16,090 nt of DNA, from assembly GCA_964388035.1 (NCBI GenBank), contig CAYLZE010000115.1, positions 1 through 16,090 on the forward strand, in the 5' to 3' direction. The notes below the pieces were generated by a model. That model saw only the letters and a program-made list of their open reading frames with translations. It was not told the origin of the DNA and ran no database searches. Below, one piece after another: positions 15,313-16,090 of the stretch (position 1 is its first letter; every line of letters begins with the position of its first letter). A program made the position numbers and the translations under genes. The DNA is from an uncultured archaeon (GTDB lineage: Archaea; Asgardarchaeota; Lokiarchaeia; Sigyniarchaeales; SOKP01).

Positions 15313-15642
15313 GATCATACCTCTTAAAAATTAACTTCATGATGATTATATTGTCTATTTTGTAGATGTATTTAAATAAAAAAGTACGATAAGAAATTTT
15401 ATGTCCGAATATAAGACTTGAAAACAATAACACGTAAAGGCGATTTTCAAAAAAGCTTGTGTTGAAATATCCTATAATGGCTATCTGAATATGTATTGCT
15501 ATTAATGAGAGCGTGTGAAGCTTCTGGGATAATGTACCGTCAAATCTTTTTAAATATGTTTTTTCCTTAAATAAATCCGTCTTAAGTCTTCATACAAAAT
15601 TAAAAAAAGATATAACAAAAACACATTAAGAAGGAAAAAAAT

Positions 15643-15996
15643 ATGGCAGGTGATGACATGATGTGTGATTCGCTCGGGATGATTGTTAACTCGATAATTC
15701 ATGAAATCCAAAAGCACCTGAGTTTCATACCAAATGAATATAATTGGCCTAATTGGGTACAAGCTAGCTTGATATTTGATATTGCCGTGGTACCATGCGA
15801 TCACGGAACGTATTATAACGAGGAACTATATGATTTGGCTAAAATATTGGTGAAAGAATGTAAGGAGCACAACTATAAAGCGGAATACTTTGGAGATGAG
15901 GAAAAAAAGCATAAGGTTTATGAGCAAGATTTAACGAATACTGCAATTAATATCCGTGAATGGATTAAACGATACAAAGAATACAAACAATATTAA
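15643..15996 (+). CDS. Hypothetical protein
   Basis: 117-aa ORF with AAGGA upstream and a realistic charged/helical composition. No family recognised. Confidence 0.6.
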   Translation: MAGDDMMCDSLGMIVNSIIHEIQKHLSFIPNEYNWPNWVQASLIFDIAVVPCDHGTYYNEELYDLAKILVKECKEHNYKAEYFGDEEKKHKVYEQDLTNTAINIREWIKRYKEYKQY

Positions 15997-16090
15997 TTAA
16001 GGGCAGTAAATTCATATTTAATTTCCATGCAATTTAAATCAATGATGCACGATTAAAAAGATCTTGAATCTTATAAAATAAGTTTTTTTT

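Noticed and set aside
9612-15804. ORFs 9612..9935, 10597..10797, 11001..11222, 12052..12276, 12213..12482, 13423..13629 and 15550..15804
   Set aside because: Antisense or alternate-frame overlaps of supported genes, without motifs.
1-16090. CRISPR array, tRNA/rRNA, IS element or integrase
   Set aside because: Reading by eye found no regularly spaced repeats, cloverleaf or rRNA-like GC-rich segments, transposase/integrase motifs or terminal inverted repeats.

Overview
AT-rich archaeal-style DNA: TATA-like boxes about 23-45 nt upstream of starts, GAGG/GGTG-type Shine-Dalgarno motifs and oligo-T terminators. The gene repertoire is most consistent with an Asgard (Lokiarchaeia-like) archaeon; this is an inference, not a database result. 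Left to right: the 5' stub of a probable class I glutamine amidotransferase, an FmdE-family Zn-finger protein, and a winged-helix protein divergent from an ~885-aa multidomain protein. That protein joins a helical N-domain, a CxxC...HH metal knuckle, a complete EutA-type actin-fold (ASKHA) ATPase and a C-terminal domain resembling profilin, and is the standout feature. Next come two tandem paralogous 4-TM proteins and an ICMT/PEMT-family methyltransferase facing an ArsR-like regulator. A very AT-rich islet follows (RHH protein, unknown protein, wHTH protein); its right edge runs into a 4Fe-4S gene relic and a frameshifted gamma-carbonic-anhydrase-like pseudogene. The rest holds an SDR plus nitroreductase pair, a membrane protein, a TPR protein, a DUF4259-like protein ending in half a GIY-YIG motif, and two hypothetical proteins. 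I saw no tRNA, rRNA, CRISPR array or transposase.
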